Position numbers and translations under genes: made by a program. A stretch of 62,317 nucleotides of DNA, counting the filler, from a bacterium (GTDB lineage Bacteria; UBP15; UBA6099; JAJRTR01), in NCBI GenBank assembly GCA_024278215.1. It is 3 parts of 3 records of this genome, joined end to end, with 100 filler letters (N's around TTAATTAATTAA, not from the genome) between each part and the next. Parts side by side here need not be neighbours in the genome. Positions count along the whole stretch, not along the records: positions 25,683 to 56,763 come from JAJRTR010000012.1; 2 more parts are not named here. The stretch is one strand, 5' to 3'. This document shows positions 38,770 through 48,949 of the stretch, in pieces. The notes below the pieces were generated by a model. The model was given only the letters and a program-made list of their open reading frames with translations, was not told where the DNA came from and did not search any database. Each line of letters opens with the position of its first letter. The first letter of the stretch is position 1.

Positions 38770-39516
38770 ATGGCGCAGTCGAATGAAAGCACTGGCGGTG
38801 TGGCGTTCAGGGCGCTTGCGGCAAGAACATGCGTGGTGCTTGTCGAGCCGCTGTACGGGGGTAATGTCGGAGCGGTGGCGCGGTCGATGAACAACTTCGG
38901 TTTTTCGCAATTGAGGCTGGTTACGCCGCGTGCGGATATAGACGGCGACGAGGCCCGCAGGATGGCAATGTATTCGGGTGGGTTGCTGGACAGCGCGCAA
39001 ATATATGAATCGCTGGAAGCAGCACTGGACGATATCGATATTGCTGTCGGCACAACGCGACGCATGGGCAGAAAGCGCAGCAGGTTTTTCCGGCCCTGCG
39101 CGATGGCGGAAGCGCTTGCGGGGCTCGCCTGCGAAAAAAACGCGGCTGTTCTATTCGGCCCCGAGGACGCCGGTCTTTCAAACAAACATCTCGAATATTG
39201 CGACTGGCTCGTGACTATCGATACTTTCTCCGATTTCGATTCTCTTAATATAGCCCATTCCGTGACGGTTATTCTTTACGAAATCAGCAGATATTTCCGG
39301 GTGACTTCAGCATGTGAAATAAAAGAATCAAAACATCTCGACGGGCTTTGCGTACATATAGGAAAAATGCTGAAAAGCTCCGGTTTCATTGAGGAAGGCG
39401 CGGACCCGAAGCGTGTTATGCTCGGACTGCGCAGGATGTTGTCGCGCGGCAGATGGAGCCGCAGCGAGATTGATCTTTTTCATGCTGTACTGAATAGTTT
39501 TGAAAAGAAAATGTAA
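38770..39516 (+). CDS. SPOUT RNA methyltransferase, TrmJ/LasT family
   Basis: VVLVEPLYGGNVGAVARSMNNFG, LFGPEDAGLSN, SLNIAHSV. Confidence 0.92.
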   Translation: MAQSNESTGGVAFRALAARTCVVLVEPLYGGNVGAVARSMNNFGFSQLRLVTPRADIDGDEARRMAMYSGGLLDSAQIYESLEAALDDIDIAVGTTRRMGRKRSRFFRPCAMAEALAGLACEKNAAVLFGPEDAGLSNKHLEYCDWLVTIDTFSDFDSLNIAHSVTVILYEISRYFRVTSACEIKESKHLDGLCVHIGKMLKSSGFIEEGADPKRVMLGLRRMLSRGRWSRSEIDLFHAVLNSFEKKM

Positions 39517-39636
39517 CCGGCTCAATAAAAAAACGGCCCCGCACTGTACAGGCCCGGTTCGGGCCCTAGCTCGTGCATTTTGTTGGTTTCTATCGCAGAA
39601 CTCCGCCGGGTTCGGTATTATTCCCGGGCAATTCAA

Positions 39637-39987
39637 TTACACTTCGGCATCATCATCTTCGTCGTCGTCCGTTGCTTTTTTACCGACTTTGGCTTTTGCC
39701 TGCTCGATTATAGAAGAAGTTTTATCTACAGCATCTTCATAAGCAGAGGTCATTTTGTCGCGTGCTTCTTCAAGTGCTTCTTTCGAGCGATCGAGCGCAT
39801 CGCCGGCTTTATCCGATACATCATTCATACGTTCTTTGATCCTGTCCCGTGTTTCTTCACCTGACGCAGGTGCAAGCAAAAGAGCTGTGACAGCGCCAAC
39901 GACGGCTCCCGCGGTGAAACCGATCAGTGTGCCGAGGAATCCTTTGCCTTTTGAGCCCTTACCTTCCGAATGTTCAGCTTCCGACAT
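39637..39987 (-). CDS. YtxH-domain protein
   Basis: GFTAGAVVGAVTALLLAPASGEETR followed by an amphipathic helical tail. Confidence 0.88.
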   Translation of the reverse strand: MSEAEHSEGKGSKGKGFLGTLIGFTAGAVVGAVTALLLAPASGEETRDRIKERMNDVSDKAGDALDRSKEALEEARDKMTSAYEDAVDKTSSIIEQAKAKVGKKATDDDEDDDAEV

Positions 39988-40035
39988 AATTTCCCCCTTT
40001 AAAAGCTATTTTCTTTTTAATATCTATTGCGAACA

Positions 40036-40064
40036 AGTATAGAATTTCAGAATTCGAGTGTCAA
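40036..40064 (-). promoter_or_regulatory. Sigma70-type promoter of the YtxH gene
   Basis: TTGACA-17 nt-TATACT. Confidence 0.7.
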
Positions 40065-40100
40065 GTTGCTTTCAGTCGATTGTACAGACAGGAATAAGGA

Positions 40101-40129
40101 AGAGGCCCCCGGCATGGCCGGGAGCCTCT
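40101..40129 (-). terminator. Hairpin downstream of rnpB, probable terminator
   Basis: agaggcccccggc-atg-gccgggagcctct stem-loop. Confidence 0.55.
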
Positions 40130-40137
40130 GTATTGAT

Positions 40138-40529
40138 GAAAGAGACAGTCTGTAAGCGGGATTCTGTCGTGAGCGGCCATTTGTCTGGGACGTGTGTTGC
40201 CGCACGTCTCGCGCGGACTACCCGGAGTTGCCCATGATGGGCGCGGCGATGATACAGCGCCGCCTCGGCGGGCCGCCTCCCAACTCCTGTTTGTCCTTGC
40301 ACCCGGCGGGGTTTGCCAGGCCGCCGCGTCTCCGCGACGCCGGTGCGCTCTTACCGCACCATTTCACCCTTACCTGTGCCGGCCCTGTTCGAGGCCGGTC
40401 ATCGGCGGTATCTTTTCTGTTGCACTTTCCGTGGGGTCGCCCCCCCCGGCCGTTAGCCGGCGCCGTGCCCTGTGGTGTCCCGACTTTCCTCAGGCGTTCA
40501 ACGCCCGCGACCGTTCAACCATCTCTTTC
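40138..40529 (-). ncRNA. rnpB: RNase P RNA, bacterial class A
   Basis: Minus strand has GAGGAAAGTCGGG, GGAAAGTGCAACAGAAA, AGGGTGAAATGGTGCGGTAAGAGCGCACC and ACAGAATCCCGCTTACAG; complementary P1 ends. Confidence 0.96.
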
Positions 40530-40591
40530 TCTTTCCTATACTTAAATTATATCTGAACTTCCGGGTTTTTCAAAAAAACGGGTTCCGCAAT

Positions 40592-41626
40592 TCATTTGAC
40601 GACAAAACTGCGATCAAATAATGCAATGGATGAAACATGTGTGTAATCATAGAATATGCCGGTGAATGGAGTAATGCTTGTGATCGCGCCGTCTGCGGCA
40701 ATGATTTTCAAGTGGCCACTCGGCGTGTCGCCTATCTGGTCGTTGCTTATCTTGAACCATACGGTGCCGCCGCTGGTTTCACATTCGATATTCCTGCCCT
40801 CGATAATAACATCGTTCGACGGCTGATGTATTATCGAACATGCGGGATATGAAAACGACTCGGCCTGTGGCGCCCAGAAGCCGAGGAAACCCTGTGTGAT
40901 AATGTCCGAGGGGTCGCCCTTGTCCACGTTCGCGACCCCAAAACCGTAGAGGTGCACAAAAACCGGAGAGACGGTTCCGTCGGATATGTCACCCTGCACA
41001 GAGAGTTCGAGATAAAGATTGTCTTCGTCGACGCCTCCTCTGAATGACATGAAATCGAAATTGTCGGGGATCACCTGTTCCTCGTCGTCCACCGGTGGTT
41101 CGTCGATAGCGAGGTCGAACATGCACGGGTCGTTTTCCGGTGGCCATTCCGTCACAAGGCACGGTGTGTCGGTGTATACATTGCCCGAAGAATCCCTGGC
41201 GCTGAAACCATACAGGATTTCCGTGCCTGCTTTGAATGCCGGAAGTGTCGCACTCCATATCCTGCCTTCCATCACCTGTTCCATATCGATATATTCCCAG
41301 TTGTCGCCAAGGTCCGCAGTGAACATCAGTGTCGCATCGAATGTTTCATCACTTGTTTTGCTCGGATCGTTATAGATGTGGGCGGTTACAACAGTCGGCA
41401 CTTCAGCCTGGGGAGGGTCGGGATCGAGTATCACATCATGGACCCAGGGCGGGTACATTGTTTCCTGAATATCCTGGAGCACTTTCTCGGTGCCGGGCGG
41501 CAACTCGCCGGTTATCTCGGTCGCGTTTGATACGATACATGATATTATGCTTATTGTTGTTATGATAATTGCTGTTTCAATGATGTCCTTCATTAACGAA
41601 TAATCCTCACTTTGGGCCAATTGCAA
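40592..41626 (-). CDS. Hypothetical exported acidic beta-rich protein; true start may be 41593
   Basis: Signal-like N-terminus; Ig-like segment WSATLPAFKAGTEILYGFSARDSSGN. Confidence 0.7.
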   Translation of the reverse strand: MQLAQSEDYSLMKDIIETAIIITTISIISCIVSNATEITGELPPGTEKVLQDIQETMYPPWVHDVILDPDPPQAEVPTVVTAHIYNDPSKTSDETFDATLMFTADLGDNWEYIDMEQVMEGRIWSATLPAFKAGTEILYGFSARDSSGNVYTDTPCLVTEWPPENDPCMFDLAIDEPPVDDEEQVIPDNFDFMSFRGGVDEDNLYLELSVQGDISDGTVSPVFVHLYGFGVANVDKGDPSDIITQGFLGFWAPQAESFSYPACSIIHQPSNDVIIEGRNIECETSGGTVWFKISNDQIGDTPSGHLKIIAADGAITSITPFTGIFYDYTHVSSIALFDRSFVVK

Positions 41627-41991
41627 TATTCATGTTCCGCCGGGTCAGGCTGTAAATGTTCCAGTCGCGCTCGTTATAAAGTATAATGCGGTAATCGGCT
41701 CAATATAATTAAACTATTGTGAAAGAATCAAATAGTGTCAAGTTTTTATGGGCTTCATCTCACAATTCACTCCCATTCCACGGTAGTTTTCTTGCGTGAA
41801 GAGTAAACGCTTTGAATGCGTGAGAACATCCGACCGGTATTATTATGATATGTAGGAATACTTCAGGAGGAGCCATTAGCTTAACGGAATAGAAGGGTAT
41901 GCGACATATTTGTGGTTTTATCGAATTCACCGGGGTCACATTCCAGAGTTGAAACTGATTTTGTGTGTTTTCAGATTTCTGATTAAATACA

Positions 41992-42069
41992 GAACTTGTG
42001 CGTTTTTATTGAAGGTAGTGCCATGTCAACAAAGAAAAGATGTAAGATGGGGTAGCGTAAAAACCATAA
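41992..42069 (+). repeat. 78-bp direct repeat: one end of a family C element plus a shared 24-bp flank
   Basis: Matches 44468-44545 with 4 mismatches. Confidence 0.85.
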
Positions 42070-42162
42070 AAGTACACAACAATAGTGAATTGTAGAATTA
42101 TTCTTTTGAGGTAGAATATAAAAAGCACATGTTTAAATGAATGTGAGGGGAATACGAAAGAA

Positions 42163-44115
42163 ATGAAGATAAAGAAAATGATAATGATAGTATTACTTGC
42201 CGTGCTGACGGCACCGGTTGCGACACATGCGGAGGCGTTGCCGAGGATCGCCGTACTTGACTTCTATGTTCTTGAGAGAATCCCATACGATTATCTGAAG
42301 GATGCGGTGGTGCCGGAGGGCGGCGATTTTATTGCCGCCGAGCGACTTGGGATGACTATTGCAATGCGCGAGATTCTACATAGTATGATCGAGGATGTGC
42401 CGGGCTACAAACTTAGAAAACTGAAAAGCCTCGAATCGCTGGCTGACGATGTCGACCTGGTTTTCAAGTATTACATCGAGTCTGATGATCCTACTGCTTT
42501 TTTCGACCGGACCCTGCTTGCGAAACTTGCAGGTGACCTGCGTGCCGACGCCCTGATTATCGGTCTCGTCAAAAGCATCAAATATGAAAACAACCCGCGC
42601 GAACTCTCCGCGAAAAAGGCGCGTCTGAAAATCGTTTACATGATTTACAATGCGCCTGAAGACAAATTCGACTATGTGGAAACAATGGATATGGACTCGG
42701 ATAATGTGGGCGGCTTTGCCGATGCTGAAAACCTGCCCGGCGGAAAGTATGCCGAAGACATAAAGAAGTTCGCAAACAGCGAGCCCGGCAGGGTTTTCAT
42801 AGCATCGGCAAAGCAATTCATCGTCAACGGATTGAAGGGGGAAGCAGAGGAGTTGCTGAGTTCGGAACATTCGCGCACCGAGGATATTGCGCAGAACGCT
42901 GTCTCGCATCGCGGCAGGCCGGGGACTTTCGATACGGATGCCGACATGCCACGCAGACCTGAAACAAGTTCGCCGGAACCGGATGCCGGCACAGTGCCGA
43001 GCCGACCGACCGGCGATTCCGGGACCTCATCGGGGCAGCCGGGTGCGGGGCGCACTTCGGCCCCGCCGCCCCAGCAGTCGTCTCCGGCGAGCGGCACTCA
43101 CGGCTGCATCTACAGGGGGCAGTCCATCATCACTTCCGTTGCTCACGATAATCGTGGTCTGCGGATTTATCGTTGCGATAACGGGTCCTACAACCTGCGC
43201 TTCCCCTATATGGAAACCGGCAGGGTGGTAAGCAGCCGAAAAGGTATTTCGGGTATCGACACCGGCGACCTCGACGGCGACGGCCTCGACGAAATCATCG
43301 TGTCTTCCTATGAGCGCGGCGAAAATATTCGCGTCTACAAGATGGCGGATCGAGGTCTTAATGCCGATAATCCTTTCTATGTTGTACACGATGTTATCCC
43401 AAACGCGAATCTCCAGGTTTATGCCGCCGCGGGCGATTTCGACGGCGACGGAATCGACGAACTCGCTGTTTCCACCGCTGACGCAGCCGATCAGACACTT
43501 GTGTTCAATTTTGTGGAGGGCAGGCTTGATGTCGACATGCCGATTTTCGATATATCCGATACCTTCGGAGAGCCGGGATACGGTGCGTTCGTGACATCCG
43601 GTGATTTTGACGGTGACGGTGTGGACGAACTGGTGATCTCTTCAGACGGTGGCGGAGAAATGATAAATGTTTATAAGATACCTCACGGGGATCAGACCAC
43701 AGGGGTCGAGACGGCGACTCTGAGGTCGTTTTTCGGCAACATCACAAGTTCGGTTTCAGTGGCCGCCGGCGATTTTGATATGGACGGAAAAGACGAACTC
43801 GCCGTGGGTGCGTTCGCGCCGGGGATCAATATAAAAGTATTCAAATATAAAGACGGCGCTTTCGATGTGTTGAACCCGATGGCGGACATTCACGCCGACA
43901 CGGGCGTTTCATCGGGCGGCACACGTGTGTTTGCAGGCGACTATAACGGGGACCGGCAGGACGACCTTGCGCTGAGTGTGCAGGGCACACTCTGGATCGC
44001 TCAGTACCGGCGCGGCCGCTTCTTCCTCTCGCCGCCATATATTGACGAAGTGGAGCTTTATCCCGATGCGCGCGGCGGCATCTTCGCGGTCACTGGCAGA
44101 TTCGAGAAAGAATAA
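42163..44115 (+). CDS. Exported FG-GAP/VCBS-repeat beta-propeller protein with an N-terminal alpha/beta (CsgG/TolB-N-like) domain
   Basis: Signal peptide; RIAVLDF; Pro/Ser linker; five GD(L/F/Y)(D/N)xDxxD(E/D) repeats. Confidence 0.85.
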   Translation: MKIKKMIMIVLLAVLTAPVATHAEALPRIAVLDFYVLERIPYDYLKDAVVPEGGDFIAAERLGMTIAMREILHSMIEDVPGYKLRKLKSLESLADDVDLVFKYYIESDDPTAFFDRTLLAKLAGDLRADALIIGLVKSIKYENNPRELSAKKARLKIVYMIYNAPEDKFDYVETMDMDSDNVGGFADAENLPGGKYAEDIKKFANSEPGRVFIASAKQFIVNGLKGEAEELLSSEHSRTEDIAQNAVSHRGRPGTFDTDADMPRRPETSSPEPDAGTVPSRPTGDSGTSSGQPGAGRTSAPPPQQSSPASGTHGCIYRGQSIITSVAHDNRGLRIYRCDNGSYNLRFPYMETGRVVSSRKGISGIDTGDLDGDGLDEIIVSSYERGENIRVYKMADRGLNADNPFYVVHDVIPNANLQVYAAAGDFDGDGIDELAVSTADAADQTLVFNFVEGRLDVDMPIFDISDTFGEPGYGAFVTSGDFDGDGVDELVISSDGGGEMINVYKIPHGDQTTGVETATLRSFFGNITSSVSVAAGDFDMDGKDELAVGAFAPGINIKVFKYKDGAFDVLNPMADIHADTGVSSGGTRVFAGDYNGDRQDDLALSVQGTLWIAQYRRGRFFLSPPYIDEVELYPDARGGIFAVTGRFEKE

Positions 44116-44130
44116 TATACATCACCATGT

Positions 44131-44183
44131 GAGCCAATTGCAAAATTCTGATTCTGCTACGAACATAATTTTGCAATTGGCTC
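44131..44183. repeat. Internally deleted 53-bp derivative of family A
   Basis: gagccaattgcaaaatt...aattttgcaattggctc, flanked by atgt on both sides. Confidence 0.85.
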
Positions 44184-44491
44184 ATGTTTGTGTTTACATG
44201 TTTCCACCGTTCCCGGTGTGAACGAATGGACCGGACGCACTGTGTTCATCCTGAAAGCTTTGAGTTTGTTGCGGACATGATTTTGAAACGAGCTCACAAG
44301 TTAATGGAAACCTGCAAATACTGTGATGTTTTCAGGATATTATATTACAATTGAAGGCGAAACTCGCGATTTATGCCGTTTGGTTGTAAACTAATTATCT
44401 GATTAAGGATCATACTATTTGAGAGGTAATCGAGCGGCGTGCGCGTGCTCACATAATTTTATTTACTGAACTTGTGCGTTTTTATAAAAGG

Positions 44492-44644
44492 TAGTGCCAA
44501 GTCAACAAAGAAAAGATGTAAGATGGGGTAGCGTAAAAACTATAACAATAAGGTGTAGGACTAGGGTGTGTGTGAAGAAACATTACAACGGGTGCCCCGC
44601 CCTACACCTTCCAGCAGCGACATTACAAGCCCGACGTGCCAGTA
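44492..44644. repeat. MITE-like element, family C, full copy
   Basis: Both ends align with the reverse complement of 10747-10874. Confidence 0.7.
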
Positions 44645-44810
44645 GTAGAATATTTGGGGGACACGATCCGGAATTAAAGGTTAAATTTCAGTCATGTCCC
44701 CAAAAGGCTCACAATATATTGAGAAACGCACAGGATTAGTTATTTATTAAATTGTCGGCAGAATTTTTCGGACGCGATTTTAAACAGGGGCAATCACGAC
44801 AGACAATAAT

Positions 44811-46001
44811 ATGGCTGATATCAGAATAGTACATACTTCGAATCTGCACCTAGGGCGCAGGTTTCCCGATTTCGACAGGGATACGGAAGAACTTCGCATA
44901 CAGGATACAATAAACGTCTTCCATGATCTAGCCGGTTATGTGATCAAAAACGAAGTGTCGTTGCTGCTTATCGCCGGTGACTTGTTCGACAAGGCGAATC
45001 CGAAGCGCGAGACGATCTCGAAAGTGCTTTCCGTATTCGGCGAGATACACCGGAATCTTCCCGACACGCGAATAATAATCACTCCGGGCCGTGAAGAACT
45101 GGTGATGAAGAATGATGGATAACTCGAGTGTACGCTGAACTTCTTCGAGCATCTCTCGTATGTTAAAGTGATCGGCGGCGCGAAAACGCCCGAGTCGGTC
45201 AGGTACGAATTCGGCGACACCCCTGTAGTGATATCATCGTGCAGGGCGGACCTGCTTTCAGAGAAGTCGGCGGCGCTTCGAAAGATACCACATCCGGCGG
45301 AAGGCGAGGTAGGGATATTCCTGCTTTCATCATATTTGCGGCGTGGGAGTGTGCTCGAGATCGACGACGATCTGCTGAGAGATCGAATAATCGCGCCGCT
45401 CAAGAACCGTGGCTACAAGTATCTCGCGCTCGGCGGTCGCCATGAAATTGATATTGTTGAAACCGGCGAATTCAGCGCGATTTTTTCCGGCGGTCTCGAG
45501 CGTTTTGATTTCGAGAAAGACAGGGGCCGCAAATGCTTCATTTCTTTCATGGTCGGTAGCGGCGGAATAAAAAATGTCGAAACCGTTCGCACGCGCGCCC
45601 GCAAGATGGAGTTCATAAACATCACCTGCGACAGCAAGACAACCGCCCTTGAAATCGAAGAGGCGGCGGCGGGTTTCGCTGCAAAGCGAACGAAAAGCAA
45701 ACTCCTTTATATCGTTCTCGGCGGACAGCTTACCTTCGAACAGTTCAAGGCATTCGAGTCGAGCGAGAAGCTGCGCGAACTCAGGGAACAATTCATCGCG
45801 GTCCATATCGACAACCGTCTTTACCTGATCGACAGCGACATGGACTACAACTTCGACGCGCTGTGCGTCAATTCGCCGGCCGACGAATTTATGAGAACAG
45901 TGAAAAAGGAAATGGACGAAGCCGGCGACAGGGGCAAGGAAGTGAAGCTCCTCGAGGAACTGCTTCAAATGGGACTGGAGGAGATCGAAAAAGGATTTTG
46001 A
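44811..46001 (+). pseudogene. SbcD/Mre11-like metallophosphoesterase gene interrupted by an in-frame TAA at 45120-45122; catalytic motifs degenerate
   Basis: ORFs 44811-45122 and 45168-46001 share a frame with only that one stop between them; HTSNLHLG, IAGDLFD, TPGREE, LALGGRH, FSGGLERFDF. Confidence 0.75.
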
Positions 46002-48949
46002 TAGTAAACGGCGTAAAAGCACATAACTTCATGCGCTACGGCGATTTCCAGCTTGATGGTTTTCCCGAAAAGGGACTGATCGGTATATTCGGCGAGAACG
46101 AAAGCGGGAAGTCCACCATCGGCGAGCTTATTTGTTTCTGCCTCTTCGGTCGCACGCCGCGTGCGCCCGAGGGCGAGCCGGAAAAGCTTATCCGCTGGGG
46201 TGAAGACACTTGCAGCGCTGAACTCATTTTCACTGTGGTGGATAAAAAGTTTCGCGTGAACAGAATGTTGACGCGCGACGGCGGGTCCGACGGCGGGCTT
46301 GTAGCGGTCGACAGCAGCGATATCTACGCGTCCAACGCGCAGCAGATCGAAGGTGCCGTCACCGATCTGCTGGGATACGGGTTCAAGGAATTCCGCTATT
46401 CGACATTTATCGCGCAGAACGAACTCGACATCATCCTGCACAGTTCGGAAGACCGCAAACTGGTACTCAACAACATGCTCGGCGTGGGTTTCATGGAGAA
46501 TATGGCGCAGAGGGTGTCCGACAGGAGATACGGCTATGAGGCCGAACTGAAACAACTGCGGAGCAGGGCAGCAGACAAATATGAGGTGTTGAATGTTTAT
46601 GCGGCACGCGAAAGAGACATGGAGCGTGTCAGGCAACGGATGGACAGCGTCAGCAAAAAACTCCTCGAACGGCTCAAAGAGCACGACCACGTCCAGTCGA
46701 CTATTTCTCTGCTCAGCGAGATCAGCAGGAAAACCGAGCAATATGAAGTGCTGGACGCACGCATAAAAAGCAGGCGCGAACGTCTCCAGAAGATCGAAGT
46801 TCAGTGCAGCGAGTTGATGCGCGAAGTCGACAGGATTCCTGAGATAGAAAAAGCAATCGAAGAAAAAAAGAACAGCATTTATGAAATTCAGCACAGTCGA
46901 CAGGCGCGGATAGACGAGCAGTTCAAAAAGCTGGACGAGTACCGGGACAGGCGCGATGAACTCGACAGGATCAACTCGAATATCGACTTGAAGAACGCCG
47001 CGCTGGGCGAGATCACCGCGAAACTCAGGCAGATCGAAGAAAAGGAAAACCTGATTCAGGAATTTACTGTCGAACATGCCACGCTGGATTATTTCATCAA
47101 GGCTTATTCCGGCTCCGACAGGTTCAAAACAGCGGCTACACATCTGATAAAAGATATGGAGTTGCTGCACAGCGAAATAGACAAAGTGCGGACTACTCAC
47201 CGTAAAGACCTCGAGATATTCCGGGAGCGCGAGAAAGCATTCGTCGAGCAGCAGTCGAGAATAAAAAAGCAGATCAGCGCGTCGACCATTCAGGAAGTGG
47301 ACCCCGGCAGGCTGGCCGATCTGAAAAAAAAGGCGAACTCGAACACGAAACTGCGCGACCTCGGACTGATGGCCGGCATTTTATTCCTCGCCGCCGGTGT
47401 CGGACTCACTGTCGCGCTCGGGAGCGTCACGTATCTCGCCGTGCTTGCGGGCATGATACCCTCATGCGGCGTGAGCTTGCTGCTGCAGAATAAAATCCGG
47501 GCGCTCCGCGACGATATTCAGGAACTCCAGCAGCAGTCCTACGCCTACAGCATTACCCAGCGCGGAATAGCCGAACTCCAGGATTCGACCGAAGACGTGC
47601 AGCAGCATCTCGCCGCGATTCACGACGAAATCGCGCAAAAAGAAAAAATGGGACCGGTGCTTTCTAAAATTAAGGTAAACAATTTCGTCGACCTCGAAAA
47701 CAACATCGAAATGCTCGAAGAAATAAGCTTCCGCGAACTCGAACGCACACGCAGCATGATGAAGGATATGCTCCACAGTTATACCGACCTGCGGAAGCTC
47801 GTCGGCGACGACTCCATTCCGTTCGGGCATATAATAAGCTTCGATCTCGATGAATTCATGAACCGCAAAAGCGAGCGGCGCGACCGGCTCGAAGAAGACC
47901 TCGACAGGCTGAAAAGTGAACTCCACGGCAAAGAAGAACTCGTGCGGCAGTCGGAAACTCTCCTCGAAAGCATCGCCCGCATGAGGCAGAATGCCGAGTC
48001 GGTTGTCGAAGCGATAGACGCGCTCGGCGTGACCGAGGAAGACGAGCCGGAGCTTAAAAGACAGGAACAACAGTTGTCGGTCGACCTCGAACGACTTCAG
48101 CGCGAGATCGACGAATGCCGGGCGGAAATACGAACGATAGAGGCACGCCAGGACGAGGCCGCCGAACTCGAGGACAGCCGCCGTGCCATCATCGACGAAA
48201 TAGACAAAGACCTTATAAAACTCTACGAATTGCGCGAAACTACTGTGGACATCGATTGTTCACCCGAACGGTTCAGAGAACTCCAGAGGCAGCTCGAGAG
48301 CCTCGAATTGTTGATTCAGGAAGCGCGTGAGGAACTGAAGGAAGTCGAAGGCGAAATGAAGGTGGTCCGCAAAGACCTCGACCGGATGCCGGCTGTCCAG
48401 GAAGAAATCGATAAGCTCGAGCAGAATGCCGAATATACTGAAACATACATGTTGAAACTCAAGGAACTGGAGAATCTGTTCCTTCAGACAGGCGCTAATA
48501 TACGCAGACGGTTGCTGCCGCAGATCGAGGCCTATTTCAGCTGGGTGCTGCCACGCATGACGCGCGGTCGCTACCATAAGGTCAGGCTCGACGAAGACTT
48601 CGAGATAAAAGTTTTCTCCGACGAATACGGCGATTATGTGAGTCTCGACACACTCAGCGGCGGCACCATCGACCAGTTGCTTATTTCACTGCGTCTCGCT
48701 TTCGCCCACGCGACTTTCGCAAACTCCGGCACTTCCGGCCAGTTCCTTTTCCTCGACGAACCTTTCAGTTCCTTCGACGAATCGCGCCGCGAACAGTTCT
48801 TTAAGCTCCTGCAATCACTGAAATCGAATTTTCAGCAGATTTTCCTCATTTCGCATCTTCCCAACCTTGAAGACTTCACAGATCATTACTTCAGACTCGA
48901 CATCACAAAACAGGAATTACCCGCATCGGTAAGCTGGACCCACTCTTGA
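45998..48949 (+). CDS. SbcC/Rad50-like SMC-family ATPase with a central hydrophobic hairpin
   Basis: NFMRY, Walker A GENESGKST, Q-loop FIAQ, long coiled coils, LSGG, Walker B FLDEPF, ISH; TTG start overlapping the upstream TGA. Confidence 0.9.
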   Translation: MIVNGVKAHNFMRYGDFQLDGFPEKGLIGIFGENESGKSTIGELICFCLFGRTPRAPEGEPEKLIRWGEDTCSAELIFTVVDKKFRVNRMLTRDGGSDGGLVAVDSSDIYASNAQQIEGAVTDLLGYGFKEFRYSTFIAQNELDIILHSSEDRKLVLNNMLGVGFMENMAQRVSDRRYGYEAELKQLRSRAADKYEVLNVYAARERDMERVRQRMDSVSKKLLERLKEHDHVQSTISLLSEISRKTEQYEVLDARIKSRRERLQKIEVQCSELMREVDRIPEIEKAIEEKKNSIYEIQHSRQARIDEQFKKLDEYRDRRDELDRINSNIDLKNAALGEITAKLRQIEEKENLIQEFTVEHATLDYFIKAYSGSDRFKTAATHLIKDMELLHSEIDKVRTTHRKDLEIFREREKAFVEQQSRIKKQISASTIQEVDPGRLADLKKKANSNTKLRDLGLMAGILFLAAGVGLTVALGSVTYLAVLAGMIPSCGVSLLLQNKIRALRDDIQELQQQSYAYSITQRGIAELQDSTEDVQQHLAAIHDEIAQKEKMGPVLSKIKVNNFVDLENNIEMLEEISFRELERTRSMMKDMLHSYTDLRKLVGDDSIPFGHIISFDLDEFMNRKSERRDRLEEDLDRLKSELHGKEELVRQSETLLESIARMRQNAESVVEAIDALGVTEEDEPELKRQEQQLSVDLERLQREIDECRAEIRTIEARQDEAAELEDSRRAIIDEIDKDLIKLYELRETTVDIDCSPERFRELQRQLESLELLIQEAREELKEVEGEMKVVRKDLDRMPAVQEEIDKLEQNAEYTETYMLKLKELENLFLQTGANIRRRLLPQIEAYFSWVLPRMTRGRYHKVRLDEDFEIKVFSDEYGDYVSLDTLSGGTIDQLLISLRLAFAHATFANSGTSGQFLFLDEPFSSFDESRREQFFKLLQSLKSNFQQIFLISHLPNLEDFTDHYFRLDITKQELPASVSWTHS

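Noticed and set aside
40072-40556. Short ORFs at 40072-40302, 40192-40545 and 40194-40556
   Set aside because: They overlap the RNase P RNA gene
45120-45122. Selenocysteine, pyrrolysine or alternative-code read-through in the SbcD-like gene
   Set aside because: The codon is TAA, not TGA or TAG, and TAA is an ordinary stop throughout the window
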